Source: Betaproteobacteria bacterium (GTDB taxonomy: Bacteria; Pseudomonadota; Gammaproteobacteria; Burkholderiales; SG8-41). From it: a stretch of DNA of 64,000 bases. The translations under genes and the position numbers were made by a program. The stretch is taken from positions 17,318-81,317 of the forward strand of contig JANYDY010000016.1 in the NCBI GenBank assembly GCA_025363435.1. The letters are read 5' to 3'. The notes under the pieces are model-generated. The model ran no database searches and had not been told where the DNA came from. It saw nothing but the letters and a program-made list of their open reading frames with translations. Positions 1 to 11,731 of this stretch are shown here, one piece after another (position 1 is the stretch's first letter; every line of letters starts with the position of its first letter).

Positions 1-356
1 TGTCCGGCGCCAGTCTCCGCAATGATGCGTTTTTTGCCGAGGCGCCGCGCCAGCAAGGCCTGACCGACCGTGTTGTTGATCTTGTGCGCGCCGGTGTGAT
101 TGAGATCTTCGCGTTTCAGATAAACCTGCGCACCGCCGAAATGTTCGCTCCAGCGGCGCGCGTGGTAGACGGGACTGGGACGCCCGACATAGTGCTTGAG
201 TTCGTAGTCGAACTCGGCGCAAAACTCGGGGTCTTCGCGGTATTTTGCGTAAGCCGCCTTCAACTGATCGAGCGCTTCAATCAATGTCTCGGCGACAAAC
301 ACGCCGCCGTACGGTCCGAAATGACCCTTGTCGTCGGGTAGATCACCCATCTGCAT
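1..356 (-). CDS. trpB: Tryptophan synthase beta chain, N-terminal part (runs off window)
   Basis: Manual minus-strand translation [25 protein letters not shown]...[16 protein letters not shown]...IIAETGAG; PLP-lysine motif GAHK; overlaps trpF stop; start could be 350. Confidence 0.97.
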   Translation of the reverse strand, partial: MQMGDLPDDKGHFGPYGGVFVAETLIEALDQLKAAYAKYREDPEFCAEFDYELKHYVGRPSPVYHARRWSEHFGGAQVYLKREDLNHTGAHKINNTVGQALLARRLGKKRIIAETGAG

Positions 357-966
357 CGCGTACACCTTGAAAAAAATCGGCCATTTTCTGCGCGTCTTTG
401 ATACCTGGCACCGCTTCGACGCCGGAACTGACATCAACGGCGTAAGGCCTGACACGCCGGATCGCCGCAGCAACATTGCCGGCATTTAATCCACCCGACA
501 GCACTATCGGCAAAGGCAATTCAGCCGGAATCAGATTCCAGTCAAAATTGGCACCGGTGCCGCCGTGCGTACCCTCGACAAAGGCGTCGAGCAACAAACC
601 GCGCGCGCCTTCGTATTGACACGCGTATTGTAACAAATCCACGCCGGGTTTGACGCGCAGCGCCTTGATGTATGGTCGGCGAAACTGCGCGCAATATTGC
701 GGCGTTTCTTCGCCGTGAAACTGCAGCAGGTCGAGCGGCGCCGCATCGAGTACGCGTTCGACGTCATTTGCCTCGGCATTGACAAAAAGCCCGACCGGCG
801 TAACGAAGGGCGGCAGCCGGCATATGATTTCCGCCGCGCGCGCTGGTTCGATATAGCGCGGGCTGCGCGGATAAAAAACAAAGCCCAGCGCGTGCGCCCC
901 CGACTGCGCAGCAGCAAGTGCATCTTCGACGCGCGTCAAGCCGCAAATTTTGATGGCAGTAGTCAT
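343..966 (-). CDS. trpF: Phosphoribosylanthranilate isomerase
   Basis: [28 protein letters not shown] motifs; lies between truA and trpB. Confidence 0.97.
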   Translation of the reverse strand: MTTAIKICGLTRVEDALAAAQSGAHALGFVFYPRSPRYIEPARAAEIICRLPPFVTPVGLFVNAEANDVERVLDAAPLDLLQFHGEETPQYCAQFRRPYIKALRVKPGVDLLQYACQYEGARGLLLDAFVEGTHGGTGANFDWNLIPAELPLPIVLSGGLNAGNVAAAIRRVRPYAVDVSSGVEAVPGIKDAQKMADFFQGVRDADG

Positions 967-1757
967 AATCCTGAAACATTAAACCATACGCTGCGCCGCT
1001 GCTGCGGCAGAGCGAATTTTGCATCGTAACTCACGCCGCTCAAATACAAACCTGCCGCGGAAATCGTCGGCGCGGCGCGCGCGCGATCACGACCGTCGAG
1101 AACCTCGCGCAGCCATTGCGGCGGCTGCCGGCCGGCGCCGACATAGACCAGCGAACCGACGATATTGCGCACCATATGATGCAGGAAGGCATTGGCAACC
1201 AGTTCGAAAACGACGTAATCACCGCAGCGGTCGATAGTCAGTTCGCGCAGTTCGCGCACCGGTGAATTCGCCTGACATTCGGCCGAGCGAAACGCGCTGA
1301 AGTCGTGTCTCCCCAGCAATGCAACGGCGGCAGCACGCATGGGTTCGATCTCCAGCACCTGATGTATCCAGCCGACGTGATTGCGATTCAGCGCCGGCCG
1401 CACGGCCTGATCGAGCAACAGGTAACGATAGCGCCGCTCCAGTGCGCCGTAGCGCGCATGAAAATCTTCTGCCACCGGCAACATCCACGGCACCGCAACA
1501 GAATCCGGCAGCAGCGCATTGACGCCGCGTGTCCACGCCGATTCGGGGCGCAGCGCATCGCTGTCGAAATGCACCACCTGTGCAGTCGCATGCACACCGG
1601 AATCCGTGCGCCCCGCGCATATTGTTGCTACCGCGTGTCCGGCAATCCCGGCGAGCGCCTTTTCAATGACATCCTGCACCGCGCAGCCGCTCGGCTGCGT
1701 CTGCCAGCCGCAGAAACCGCTGCCGTCGTATTCGATGCCAAGGGCGATACGCGCCAT
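963..1757 (-). CDS. truA: tRNA pseudouridine(38-40) synthase
   Basis: [33 protein letters not shown] motifs. Confidence 0.98.
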   Translation of the reverse strand: MARIALGIEYDGSGFCGWQTQPSGCAVQDVIEKALAGIAGHAVATICAGRTDSGVHATAQVVHFDSDALRPESAWTRGVNALLPDSVAVPWMLPVAEDFHARYGALERRYRYLLLDQAVRPALNRNHVGWIHQVLEIEPMRAAAVALLGRHDFSAFRSAECQANSPVRELRELTIDRCGDYVVFELVANAFLHHMVRNIVGSLVYVGAGRQPPQWLREVLDGRDRARAAPTISAAGLYLSGVSYDAKFALPQQRRSVWFNVSGL

Positions 1758-1768
1758 CGGATGCCCCC

Positions 1769-1805
1769 AAAAAAAACTGCCGCCCGGTCAGTCACCGGGC
1801 GGCAG
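1769..1805 (-). terminator. Intrinsic terminator after fimV
   Basis: 12-bp stem ctgccgcccggt/accgggcggcag (1777-1805) followed on the minus strand by 8 T. Confidence 0.8.
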
Positions 1806-1827
1806 CGTTATCTCTAAACGGACCGGA

Positions 1828-4728
1828 TCAGGTGAGCGAGTCGAGCAGCGCTTTGGCCTCTGCCTGCTGCGCGGCGTCGCCGTCCTTGATTACTTCCTGC
1901 AGGATTTCGCGCGCACCGTCCTTGTCGCCCATTTCCTGATAAGCCTTGGCCAGATCGAACTTGGTTTGCACATCGTACCAATGATCGTCCTTGGCGCCGC
2001 CTTCAGCGGCAGCAGGTGCAGCAGCAGCCGGTTCGTCGGTGGGAATTTCAAAATTGAGACTGATATCGTCGAGCTTGAGGTCCGGCAGCAAAGGTGCGGC
2101 CGGCTCAGCTGCCGGTGCTGCGCCAATATCGACCGGCAGTTCCAGATTCAACTCGGGCAACATCGGAATCTCGGCGTCCACCTTGCCGGTTTTGCCAAGT
2201 TCGAAATCGACATCAAGTCCTGCCGCCTTTTCCTGATTCTCGGGCGTCATCACCATCGTTGCGTTTGGCGAAAATGCCGGCTCCGCAGGCGCCACAGCAT
2301 CGGGGGCAGGCGCGGTCATCGCTGTGGAATCGAAATTGAAGTCAATCATGTTGCCGCCCTCGCCCGCTTCGAGTTTGACGTTGGTCTGCGTCATATCGTC
2401 GGCGGCGGGAGGAGTGCTGTCGAGCGTAAAATCCGGTTCGACGGACGCGCTGCTCGCTGCGGCTGGAACATTCAGGGTGAAATCCGGCGACGCCGCTTCA
2501 CTCTCCACGGCTGCGCGCGCCGCACCGGAGTCGGCGGTAATGTCCTGCGTAGCCGACATATCGGCGGCGGCGAGACCTGCCAGTTCGCCCGGTTTCATCA
2601 TCACGGTTTTGCCGCTGTCGATGTCGAAATCGGTCTTGGTGCCGGTGGCAGTTCCATCCGGCGCCAACTCGAGATCGAAATCGAGATCCGTGCCGGCTAC
2701 ACCGGCAGTGGCAGGCATTTCCGCCGCAGGCGCAGAGCGCCCTGCTTCGTACAGAATATTGTCCGGATCAAGCGCATAGCCCATACCCGCGGCTTTGACC
2801 CAGTTGTCACCGCCGCCGCTGGTTTGCGCGTGCAGATCCTTGGCGATTTTCTCGAACGAGTCCTTGTCCTTGCGACCGGCGTAAATTTGCAGGAGTTTAA
2901 GTTTCGCTTCTTCGTGATTCGGATTCTTCGCCAGCGCGTCTTTCAACACTTCTTCGGCTTGCGTATCGCGCCCGAAATTCAAATACAAATCCGCCTCAGC
3001 TAGCGGATCAACGTCATCCACCGAGGCCTGCGCGACGACCGGTGCGGCGACTGCCACGGCCGCGGCGGCAACGCCTGCCGCGGCGGCAGCGCCCTTACCC
3101 TTGGCAGCGGGCGCTTCGTCCTCGTCGTCGGCGCGCGCGCGACGCCGGCGCATGAATACATAACCGCCGATACCGAGCACTGCGAGCAGTCCGGCGCCTC
3201 CCATGTAGAGCGGGTCGGAAGTCAATTGATCCAGCAGATCCGGCTCGGGCGGCGGGGACGGCGGCGCGACAATTTTGGGTTTCGGTTTGGGCGCAGGCGG
3301 CGCTTCCGCTTTGGGCGCTTCAGGCGCCTTCTCGGCATCCTTGACAGGTTCTGCCTTGGCGGCATCCTTTGCCGGCTCGGCTTTGGCCGCATCCTTCGCA
3401 GGTTCGGCTTTCGCGGCATCTTTCACCGGCTCTGCCTTCGGCGCCTCTTTGGCCGGTTCGGCTTTGGGCGGCTCAGCCTTGGCCGGCGCAGCTTTCGCCG
3501 GCTCGGCTTTGGCGACGGCCGGTGCGGGTGTCGGTTCCGGTTTGCTGCCGGGTGCAACGCCTTTCAGTTCCAGCAGACGTTGCATGTCCTTGATGTTTTT
3601 TTCCAGCTTGGCAATGCGGTCGTTGGCTTCCGCCAGCGCTTTTTCACGCACCGTCGCTTCATCTTCAAGCGCACGCATACGATCTTTGGCCGAGCCGGCG
3701 CCTTTGCCTGACTTGCCACCGCCCGGGGCCGACTCGCCTTTGGACAACTTGACGACTTCCTTCGGCGCTTCTTTCGTCGCCGCCTTATCCTCGACCGGCG
3801 CAATCTTGCCGCGTGCAACCGCGCGCGACTCGCTCGCCGGTGTATCGCCGGCTGCGTCCGCCACTTTCTGGCGATAAGTGTTCCAATTTGCGGCCTGAAC
3901 GCGCACTTCCTTCAGCGCATCCGCAGGCACTACTTCGGCCAGCTGTTCTCGTTCCGGCACGCGCAGTATCTGTCCGGATTTCAAACGGTTCATGTTGCCG
4001 CTAAATGCATCCGGATTTGTGCGATAAAGACCGAGCAGCGTCTGTTCGAGCGTGACGCCTTCAGGTTTTACATTGGCCGCAATGCGCGCCAGTGTTTCGC
4101 CGCGTTTGACCGGGCCGTACTGGCGCTCTTCAGCTTTCGCAGCGGCCGGCGCTGCGGCAGGCTTTGCAGCGGCGGGCGCCTTCGCTGCCGGTTTGGTTTC
4201 CGCCACCGGCGCTGCCGGTGTAGCCGGCGCAGTTGCGGCGGGGGCGATAATCGGTACCGGCGCCGGTTCAGGCGCTGCGGCCGCAACCGGCGGCGCCACC
4301 GGCGCAGCAGTAGCGACCGTCGGCGGAACGTTCGGCGGATCAATCAGCGCCGTATATTCGCGCAGCAAACGACCGCGCGACCAGCTCAATTCAACCAGAA
4401 CGCTGATGAACGGCTCGTTGACCGAGCGTGAAGAAACGATTTTTGCGTAAGGCTGACCGTCAGCACGCTTTTCGATACTCAAGCGCGCACCGATCAACGC
4501 CGGACTGAAGACGATGTTGGCCCTGGTAAATGCTTCAGGCGGCGCCAAACGGATGGCGAGGCTGGAGACCTCATCCTTTTGCACCGAAACCAGATCGATT
4601 TCCGCCGACAACGGCTGACCGAGAGCCGACAAAATTGTCAGCCTGCCGAGTCCGGCTGAAAATGCGACCAGCGGCGACAACAGCAAAACACCCGCTAAAA
4701 CCCACGATTTATACGGCAATTTTCGCAC
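1828..4728 (-). CDS. fimV: FimV/HubP-family polar landmark protein
   Basis: Signal peptide, LGRLTILSALGQPL N-terminal domain, LysM-like VKRGETL, coiled coil, TM helix, DPLAEADLY TPR region, C-terminal TKFDLAKAYQEMGD; asd-fimV-truA synteny. Confidence 0.93.
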   Translation of the reverse strand: MRKLPYKSWVLAGVLLLSPLVAFSAGLGRLTILSALGQPLSAEIDLVSVQKDEVSSLAIRLAPPEAFTRANIVFSPALIGARLSIEKRADGQPYAKIVSSRSVNEPFISVLVELSWSRGRLLREYTALIDPPNVPPTVATAAPVAPPVAAAAPEPAPVPIIAPAATAPATPAAPVAETKPAAKAPAAAKPAAAPAAAKAEERQYGPVKRGETLARIAANVKPEGVTLEQTLLGLYRTNPDAFSGNMNRLKSGQILRVPEREQLAEVVPADALKEVRVQAANWNTYRQKVADAAGDTPASESRAVARGKIAPVEDKAATKEAPKEVVKLSKGESAPGGGKSGKGAGSAKDRMRALEDEATVREKALAEANDRIAKLEKNIKDMQRLLELKGVAPGSKPEPTPAPAVAKAEPAKAAPAKAEPPKAEPAKEAPKAEPVKDAAKAEPAKDAAKAEPAKDAAKAEPVKDAEKAPEAPKAEAPPAPKPKPKIVAPPSPPPEPDLLDQLTSDPLYMGGAGLLAVLGIGGYVFMRRRRARADDEDEAPAAKGKGAAAAAGVAAAAVAVAAPVVAQASVDDVDPLAEADLYLNFGRDTQAEEVLKDALAKNPNHEEAKLKLLQIYAGRKDKDSFEKIAKDLHAQTSGGGDNWVKAAGMGYALDPDNILYEAGRSAPAAEMPATAGVAGTDLDFDLELAPDGTATGTKTDFDIDSGKTVMMKPGELAGLAAADMSATQDITADSGAARAAVESEAASPDFTLNVPAAASSASVEPDFTLDSTPPAADDMTQTNVKLEAGEGGNMIDFNFDSTAMTAPAPDAVAPAEPAFSPNATMVMTPENQEKAAGLDVDFELGKTGKVDAEIPMLPELNLELPVDIGAAPAAEPAAPLLPDLKLDDISLNFEIPTDEPAAAAPAAAEGGAKDDHWYDVQTKFDLAKAYQEMGDKDGAREILQEVIKDGDAAQQAEAKALLDSLT
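3334..3510 (-). repeat. Degenerate tandem repeat in fimV encoding KAEPxKDAA (mostly 27-bp units)
   Basis: Protein KAEPAKEAPKAEPVKDAAKAEPAKDAAKAEPAKDAAKAEPVKDAE; boundaries approximate. Confidence 0.8.
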
Positions 4729-4927
4729 CGCCTACCCTCTTATTATTCTCAGCCACAAGTAAATTAACATCAAATAGTTAGGGTTGCAAGCTCACCTTGC
4801 CTCTAACCATATCCTTGTATTCTCCCGCAGACGCTGGCGATTTTAGCAGAAAGGGCCGAATTTCCCGCCATTGCGGCCGCCGCAAACACGGCGTGCGGTA
4901 AGGCAATGCACTCAAAACCGGAGAAAT

Positions 4928-6055
4928 TTATTTTTCCAATAAAATCCGTAACATACGACGTAGCGGCTCGGCGGCCCCCCACAACAACTGGTCGCCCACG
5001 GTAAACGCCGACAGGTAATGCCCGCCCATTGCCAGCTTGCGCAAACGCCCGACCGCGATCCGCAGTCCGCCGGTCACTGCCGCCGGCGTCAATTCGCGTT
5101 CCGACGGCTCGCGCTGGTTCGGCACCAGCCTGACCCATTGATTTGCCGACGAAATCATCGCGGACAATTCGTCAATCGGCACATCGCGCTTAAGCTTGAT
5201 GGTCAGTGCCTGGCTGTGGCAACGCATCGCGCCGACACGCACACACAGACTGTCGACCGGGATCGCCGTTATGCCAAATGCATCGCCGCGACCGAGTATT
5301 TTGTTGGTCTCGGCGCCGCCCTTCCATTCCTCGAGCGACATGCCATTGCCCATGTCCTGATCGATCCACGGAATCAGATTGCCGGCGAGCGGCACGCCGC
5401 GGAAATTTTGCATCGGCAGCGAGCCGTCATTCTGTTTCGTCTGTACCTTGCGATCGATTTCAAGAATTGCCGACGCCGGATCAGCCAGCAGGTCGCGCAC
5501 TTCCGCATTGACGAGCCCGAATTGCGTCAGCAATTCGCGCATGTGCTGGGCGCCGCCGCCGGATGCAGCTTGATACGTCATGCAGGTCATCCATTCGACG
5601 AGATCATGCGCGAACAAACCGTGCAGCCCCATCAGCATGCAACTGACCGTGCAATTACCGCCGATATAATTCTTCACGCCTTTTGTCAGCGCACTCTTGA
5701 TCACCGCCAGATTGACCGGATCAAGCACGATCACCGCATCGTCCTTCATGCGCAGCGTTTTGGCGGCATCAATCCAGTAACCCTGCCAGCCGGCGGCGCG
5801 CAACTTGTCGTACGTTGCAATCGTGTAGTCGCTGCCCTGGCAGGTCAGAATTACATCGAGCTTCTTCAGCTCATTGATATCGGCAGCGTCTTTGAGCGGC
5901 GCACTATCTCGCCCGATCGCCGGCCCCTTGCCGCCGACCTGCGAAGTCGTGAAGAACACCGGCTCAATGAGGTCGAAGTCGCGCTCGGCCTGCATGCGCT
6001 GCATGAGCACCGATCCGACCATCCCGCGCCAGCCAACAAATCCTACACGTTTCAC
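4928..6055 (-). CDS. asd: Aspartate-semialdehyde dehydrogenase
   Basis: [35 protein letters not shown] motifs. Confidence 0.98.
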   Translation of the reverse strand: MKRVGFVGWRGMVGSVLMQRMQAERDFDLIEPVFFTTSQVGGKGPAIGRDSAPLKDAADINELKKLDVILTCQGSDYTIATYDKLRAAGWQGYWIDAAKTLRMKDDAVIVLDPVNLAVIKSALTKGVKNYIGGNCTVSCMLMGLHGLFAHDLVEWMTCMTYQAASGGGAQHMRELLTQFGLVNAEVRDLLADPASAILEIDRKVQTKQNDGSLPMQNFRGVPLAGNLIPWIDQDMGNGMSLEEWKGGAETNKILGRGDAFGITAIPVDSLCVRVGAMRCHSQALTIKLKRDVPIDELSAMISSANQWVRLVPNQREPSERELTPAAVTGGLRIAVGRLRKLAMGGHYLSAFTVGDQLLWGAAEPLRRMLRILLEK

Positions 6056-6092
6056 TGTGATCTCTTTCTGTATAGCCGCCGCAATCGCCGTA

Positions 6093-7160
6093 TCAATTCA
6101 GCGCCGCCACCACTGCATCACCCATTTCTTTGGTGCCGACTTTGCGGGTTTCAGTCTCGTAAATATCCGCAGTACGATAGCCCTGGGCAAGAACTTTTTT
6201 CACCGCCGCCTCGATGCGCCGCGCCGCTTCTTCCTGATTAAACGTATAACGCAGCATCATGGCTGACGACATGATGGTCGCCAGCGGATTAGCCATATTC
6301 TTGCCGGCGATATCGGGCGCTGATCCATGCGCTGGTTCGTAGAGCCCCTTATTATTCACGTCAAGCGAGGCCGACGGCAGCATGCCGATCGATCCGGTCA
6401 GCATCGACGCCTCGTCCGACAAAATATCGCCGAACATATTGCCGGTGACAATCACGTCGAACTGCTTGGGCGCGCGCACCAGTTGCATCGCCGCGTTGTC
6501 GACATACATGTGCGACAGCGCAACCTCGGGATATTTCTTCGCCATGTCGTTGGCGATTTCGCGCCACAGACGGCTCGTCTCGAGCACGTTTTCCTTGTCC
6601 ACCGAACAGAGTTTGCGGCCGCGCTTCATCGCCGCCTGAAAACCGACGTCGAGAATGCGCCGGATCTCCGGCTCCGAATAAAGCATCGTGTCGAAGCCTT
6701 CGCGCTCGCCGGCTGTGTTGTTGCGGCGGCCGCGCGGCGAGCCGAAATAAATATCGCCCGTGAGTTCGCGCAGGATCAGGATGTCGAGCCCGGCGACGAG
6801 TTCCGGTTTGAGCGAAGACGCGCTCGCCAGTTCTTCGAAAAGAATTGCCGGCCGCAGATTGGCGAACAAGCCGAGTTCCTTGCGCATGCGCAAGAGGCCC
6901 TGCTCGGGACGCTTTTCGCGCGGCAGCACATCGTACTTGGGGCCGCCAACCGCGCCGCACAGCACCGCGTCGGCTTCGCGCGCGAGCTTGAGCGTAGTTG
7001 CTGGCAGCGGATCACCATGCGCGTCGTAACCGGCGCCACCATAGGGCGCCTCTTCCAATTCCATCTTGAGGCCATCGCGCTTGAGAACTTCCAGCACACG
7101 CAATGCCTGTGCGATGATTTCCGGGCCGATGCCGTCACCGGCCAATACTGCAATCTTCAT
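6093..7160 (-). CDS. leuB: 3-isopropylmalate dehydrogenase
   Basis: [14 protein letters not shown] (start placed at 7160), [24 protein letters not shown]. Confidence 0.98.
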   Translation of the reverse strand: MKIAVLAGDGIGPEIIAQALRVLEVLKRDGLKMELEEAPYGGAGYDAHGDPLPATTLKLAREADAVLCGAVGGPKYDVLPREKRPEQGLLRMRKELGLFANLRPAILFEELASASSLKPELVAGLDILILRELTGDIYFGSPRGRRNNTAGEREGFDTMLYSEPEIRRILDVGFQAAMKRGRKLCSVDKENVLETSRLWREIANDMAKKYPEVALSHMYVDNAAMQLVRAPKQFDVIVTGNMFGDILSDEASMLTGSIGMLPSASLDVNNKGLYEPAHGSAPDIAGKNMANPLATIMSSAMMLRYTFNQEEAARRIEAAVKKVLAQGYRTADIYETETRKVGTKEMGDAVVAALN

Positions 7161-7173
7161 GATTACCCTTGTT

Positions 7174-7812
7174 TCAGTTAAACAACCAGGGGCACTGCTC
7201 GCGCCGGCCGGTTTCGAACGCCTTGATCTTGTCGGCATGCGCGAGCGTCAAGCCGATTTCATCCAGGCCGTTCTTCAGGCAATGCTTGCGGAACGCATCG
7301 ATCTCGAAGGAAAAATGCTCGCCACCCGGCGTGCTGATGCTCTGCTGATCGAGATCAATCGCCAGCCGGTAACCCGGCGACGCCTCGGACTCTTTGAACA
7401 GGCGATCGACGATCTTCGTATCGAGCTTAATCAGCAAAAGTCCGTTCTTGAAACTGTTGTTGTAAAAAATATCGGCGAAGCTTGGTGCGATCACCGCCTG
7501 AAATCCATATTGCAGCAGCGCCCACGGCGCGTGTTCGCGCGACGAGCCGCAGCCGAAATTTTCACGCGCAAGCAGAATCTGCGCGCCCTGATAGCGCGGT
7601 TGATTCAAGACGAAGTCCTTGTTGAGCGGCCGTTTCGAGTCGTCCTTGCCCGGCTCGCCCTGATCGAGATAACGCCACTCGTCAAACAGGTTCGGACCGT
7701 AGCCGGTGCGCAGTATCGATTTCAGAAACTGCTTCGGAATAATCGCATCGGTATCGACATTGGCGCGATCGAGCGGCGCCACCAGACCTTCGCGTGATAT
7801 AAATTTTTCCAT
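7174..7812 (-). CDS. leuD: 3-isopropylmalate dehydratase small subunit
   Basis: [24 protein letters not shown]. Confidence 0.98.
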   Translation of the reverse strand: MEKFISREGLVAPLDRANVDTDAIIPKQFLKSILRTGYGPNLFDEWRYLDQGEPGKDDSKRPLNKDFVLNQPRYQGAQILLARENFGCGSSREHAPWALLQYGFQAVIAPSFADIFYNNSFKNGLLLIKLDTKIVDRLFKESEASPGYRLAIDLDQQSISTPGGEHFSFEIDAFRKHCLKNGLDEIGLTLAHADKIKAFETGRREQCPWLFN

Positions 7813-7824
7813 GACTATGTCCTG

Positions 7825-9231
7825 TTACAGCTTGCGTGCATCAACAAAATGTCCAGCCACTGCAGCAGCGGCAGCCATCACCGGACTGACCAGATGCGTG
7901 CGTCCTCCGGCGCCCTGCCGGCCTTCGAAATTACGGTTCGACGTCGAGGCGCAACGCTCGCCCGGCGACAACTGATCGTCGTTCATACCGAGACACATCG
8001 AACAGCCCGGCTCACGCCATTCGAAACCGGCTTCGATAAATATCTTGTCGAGGCCTTCCTGCTCGGCCTGACGCTTGACCAAACCTGAGCCCGGCACGAC
8101 CAATGCCAACTTGATGTTCGACGCGACCTTGCGCCCACGCGCGATGGTTGCCGCCGCGCGCAGATCTTCAATTCGCGAGTTGGTGCACGAACCAATAAAA
8201 ATTTTGTCGAGTTTGATCTCGACGATAGGCGTGTTCGGCTTGAGATCCATGTACTTGAGCGCGCGCTCTATGCCCTCGCGCTTGATCGGATCTTTTTCTT
8301 TTGCCGGATCCGGCACGAAACCGTCGACCGTTGTTACCATCTGCGGCGAAGTTCCCCAGGTCACCTGCGGTTGTATTGCCGCCGCATCAAGCGTCACGAC
8401 GCTATCGAACTTCGCGCCGTCATCGCTTTTGAGCGTGCGCCAGTAAGCGACGGCGCACTCCCACACCGCGCCGGTCGGCGCCAGCGGACGGCCTTTCACG
8501 TAATTGATCGTGGTGTCATCAACCGCCACCATGCCGGCGCGCGCGCCGGCCTCGATCGCCATATTGCACAAAGTCATGCGGCCTTCCATCGACAGCGCGC
8601 GTATCGCGCTGCCGGCGAATTCAAGCGAATAACCGGTGCCGCCGGCGGTACCGATCTTGCCGATGATGGCCAGCGCAATATCCTTGGCGCCGACACCGGG
8701 GCCGGCAACACCGTCAACCACCACCTGCATGGCTTTGGTTTTTTTCTGTGTCAGGCATTGCGTCGCCATCACGTGCTCGACTTCGGAAGTGCCAATGCCA
8801 AAAGCGAGGCAGCCGAAGGCGCCGTGTGTGCTGGTATGCGAATCGCCGCACACCACGGTCATGCCCGGCAATGTGGCGCCGTTTTCGGGGCCGATCACAT
8901 GCACAATGCCCTGGCGCTCGTGACGAAACGGAAAATAGCTGAGTGCACCGGATTCCTTGATATTGGCGTCCAGCGTTTCAACCTGCAGACGCGACACCGG
9001 ATCCATGATGCCCTTGTTCCAGTCTTTGGTCGGCGTGTTGTGGTCGGCCGTCGCCACAATAGAACTGATACGCCAGACTTTGCGCCCGGCAAGTTTCAAT
9101 CCTTCATAGGCCTGAGGGCTGGTCACCTCATGCACAAGGTGGCGGTCGATATAAATCAAACCGGTGCCATCCGCGTCTTCATGCACGAGATGGTCCTGCC
9201 ACAATTTGTCGTAAAGCGTTTGCGCTACCAT
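7825..9231 (-). CDS. leuC: 3-isopropylmalate dehydratase large subunit
   Basis: [45 protein letters not shown]; start placed at MVAQ (9231). Confidence 0.98.
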   Translation of the reverse strand: MVAQTLYDKLWQDHLVHEDADGTGLIYIDRHLVHEVTSPQAYEGLKLAGRKVWRISSIVATADHNTPTKDWNKGIMDPVSRLQVETLDANIKESGALSYFPFRHERQGIVHVIGPENGATLPGMTVVCGDSHTSTHGAFGCLAFGIGTSEVEHVMATQCLTQKKTKAMQVVVDGVAGPGVGAKDIALAIIGKIGTAGGTGYSLEFAGSAIRALSMEGRMTLCNMAIEAGARAGMVAVDDTTINYVKGRPLAPTGAVWECAVAYWRTLKSDDGAKFDSVVTLDAAAIQPQVTWGTSPQMVTTVDGFVPDPAKEKDPIKREGIERALKYMDLKPNTPIVEIKLDKIFIGSCTNSRIEDLRAAATIARGRKVASNIKLALVVPGSGLVKRQAEQEGLDKIFIEAGFEWREPGCSMCLGMNDDQLSPGERCASTSNRNFEGRQGAGGRTHLVSPVMAAAAAVAGHFVDARKL

Positions 9232-9304
9232 AAAATGCGTCTCAACTAACGTAAGCCATTGGAAACGTGGAATTATCCCACAGATCACCGGCCCCGCGCC
9301 AGCA

Positions 9305-10465
9305 TCAGGCTGCGGTGGCGGGCGCCGTTTCGCGCAAATTGCGCCACAGAATCAGCATGCCGGCGAAGGCGCACAAGGCAGCGCCGGTAAAGGTCAGATT
9401 CGGCCCGAGCTTTTCCCACACACCGCCGGCATAAATTCCGCCGACAGTGCCGCCCACGCCGTAGGCGAGACTGGTGTAGAGCGCCTGCCCACGCGCTTGA
9501 TGACGGCCGCCGAAAAATCGATTCACGTAACCGAGCGCCGATGCATGAAACGAACCGAAACTCGCCGCATGCAGTGTCTGTGCGAACAGCAACATGGCGA
9601 GACTGTCCGCGCACCAGCCGATGACCAGAAACCGAATGGTCGCCAGGGCGAAGCTCGCGATCAACACCGCGCGCAGCGAAAACGCGCGCAGCAAATGCGC
9701 CAGCCAGTAAAAAATTGCGATCTCACAGACTACGCCCAGCGTCCACAACCAGCCGACTGCGCTCTTGCTGTAACCGTGATCGACCAGAAAAATTGAATAA
9801 AAGGTGTAATACGGCCCGTGCGCGACCGACATCAACGCACAGGCAACAAACAAGGCGATGACCTGCGGCCGGCGCAGAATCTGCCCGATCAGTGCTGCAG
9901 TGTCATCGTGTTCGCGACGCGGCGCATCTGGCACCACAATCAGCAATATTGAAGCTGCGATCAAAACCGCCAGCATGATCCACAGCAATATGCTGACCGG
10001 CAGTGCATCAAGCGCGTAACCGATCAGCGTGACCGCAGCAATAAAACCCAGCGATCCCCAGACGCGCACCCTGCCATAGCGGCCATGGTGCGTACCGAGA
10101 TGCGCAAGTGCGGTCGTTTCCAGCAACGGCAATGCCGCGCTCAGAAAAAAACTCATCAGCAGCACCACTGCGAACACCGCCTCGAAACCAGTGGCGGCGA
10201 ACAAACCGCAAAATATCGCAGTGCCGGCGATCGAACCGATGCGCGCCACGCGCAAGACGCGGCCGTCGCGATCGGCCAGCCAACCCCACAAATGCGGCGC
10301 CACGATTCGCACTAGTTGAGGCAACGACATGATGACGCCGATACCGGCGGCAGCGATGCCCAGACTGCTCAGATAAAGACTGAAATACGGCGCGAACGCG
10401 CCGAGATAGGCGAAATAGAAAAAATAGGCGCCGGCGAGCCGCCAGTACGGCAGTTCACTCATCAC
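9305..10465 (-). CDS. MFS transporter (MFS_1_like / HcaT-like)
   Basis: About 12 hydrophobic segments; [12 protein letters not shown] and LHAASFG motifs. Confidence 0.85.
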   Translation of the reverse strand: MMSELPYWRLAGAYFFYFAYLGAFAPYFSLYLSSLGIAAAGIGVIMSLPQLVRIVAPHLWGWLADRDGRVLRVARIGSIAGTAIFCGLFAATGFEAVFAVVLLMSFFLSAALPLLETTALAHLGTHHGRYGRVRVWGSLGFIAAVTLIGYALDALPVSILLWIMLAVLIAASILLIVVPDAPRREHDDTAALIGQILRRPQVIALFVACALMSVAHGPYYTFYSIFLVDHGYSKSAVGWLWTLGVVCEIAIFYWLAHLLRAFSLRAVLIASFALATIRFLVIGWCADSLAMLLFAQTLHAASFGSFHASALGYVNRFFGGRHQARGQALYTSLAYGVGGTVGGIYAGGVWEKLGPNLTFTGAALCAFAGMLILWRNLRETAPATAA

Positions 10466-10495
10466 GGCGCGCCGCGCACAGCACGACGCGCGCGG

Positions 10496-11659
10496 TCATG
10501 CTTCGTCGGGATCGGGGTTTTCGGTCGCAGCCGCGCTGCGCAAACGCGCGATGACGTCGACCGGCGCCTGCGCGGCAATGCGCGGCGTCGTCGTCTGCAC
10601 GTCGGCATTTTGCGCGCGATGGCGCAGCGCGTGATCCATCAGCGTCAGCGCCAGCATCGCTTCACAGATCGGTGTGGCGCGGATGCCGACACAGGGGTCG
10701 TGGCGGCCGTGCGTTTCGATCGTCGTTGCATTGCCGGCGGCGTCGATGGTGCGCCGCGCGAGCCGTATGCTCGAAGTCGGTTTCACCGCGACATTGACGA
10801 CGATGTCTTGCCCGGTCGAAATACCGCCGAGAATTCCGCCCGCATTGTTCGACAAAAAGCCTTGCGGCGACATTTCATCCGAATGCACGGTACCGTTCTG
10901 CGCCACCGCAGCGAAACCGGCGCCGATTTCTACGCCTTTCACCGCGTTGATGTTCATCATGTTGTAGGCGATGTCGGCGTCGAGCTTATCGTACGCGGGC
11001 TCGCCCCAGCCGGCCGGCACGCCGGTCGCAATCGTGGTGATGCGCGCGCCGACCGAATCGCCGGACTTACGCAGCTTGTCCATGAACTCTTCGAGCTGCG
11101 CGACATAACTTTCATCGGCAACAAAAAACGGATTGCTGTTGACGCCGTCCCACGATTTGAACGGCACGACAATCGATCCGAGCTGCGACATAAAGCCGCG
11201 CACGACCACGCCGTACTTCTGCTGCAGCCATTTTTTGGCGATCGCCGCGGCGGCAACGCGCACCGCAGTCTCGCGCGCCGACGAACGCCCGCCGCCGCGA
11301 TAGTCGCGGATGCCGTACTTCTGCGTGTAGGTGTAATCGGCATGCCCCGGACGAAAGCTGTCCTTGATCTTCGAGTAATCCTTGCTGCGCTGGTCGATAT
11401 TGCGAATCAGCAAGCCGATCGGCGTGCCGGTGGTTTTACCTTCAAACACGCCGGAGAGAATTTCGACCTTGTCGTCTTCGTGACGCTGCGTGACATGGCG
11501 CGAAGTGCCGGGCTTGCGGCGGTCGAGATCACCCTGAATGTCCGCCTCGCTGATTTCCAGCCCCGGCGGGCAGCCGTCAACCACGCAGCCGATCGCCGGC
11601 CCGTGGCTCTCGCCGAACGAGGTCACGCAGAACAGTTTACCTAGTGTGTTGCCGGACAT
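10496..11659 (-). CDS. aroC: Chorismate synthase
   Basis: [29 protein letters not shown] signatures. Confidence 0.98.
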   Translation of the reverse strand: MSGNTLGKLFCVTSFGESHGPAIGCVVDGCPPGLEISEADIQGDLDRRKPGTSRHVTQRHEDDKVEILSGVFEGKTTGTPIGLLIRNIDQRSKDYSKIKDSFRPGHADYTYTQKYGIRDYRGGGRSSARETAVRVAAAAIAKKWLQQKYGVVVRGFMSQLGSIVVPFKSWDGVNSNPFFVADESYVAQLEEFMDKLRKSGDSVGARITTIATGVPAGWGEPAYDKLDADIAYNMMNINAVKGVEIGAGFAAVAQNGTVHSDEMSPQGFLSNNAGGILGGISTGQDIVVNVAVKPTSSIRLARRTIDAAGNATTIETHGRHDPCVGIRATPICEAMLALTLMDHALRHRAQNADVQTTTPRIAAQAPVDVIARLRSAAATENPDPDEA

Positions 11660-11731
11660 GATTGCGCCTGCTTTTACCTGTCATTCAACCCGCAAATTCG
11701 ATGCGCGAGTTTAGCATAGCGACTGCGCGAC

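Noticed and set aside
4729-4927. ncRNA or small gene between asd and fimV
   Set aside because: No recognisable RNA motif or credible ORF; consistent with an AT-rich fimV promoter region.
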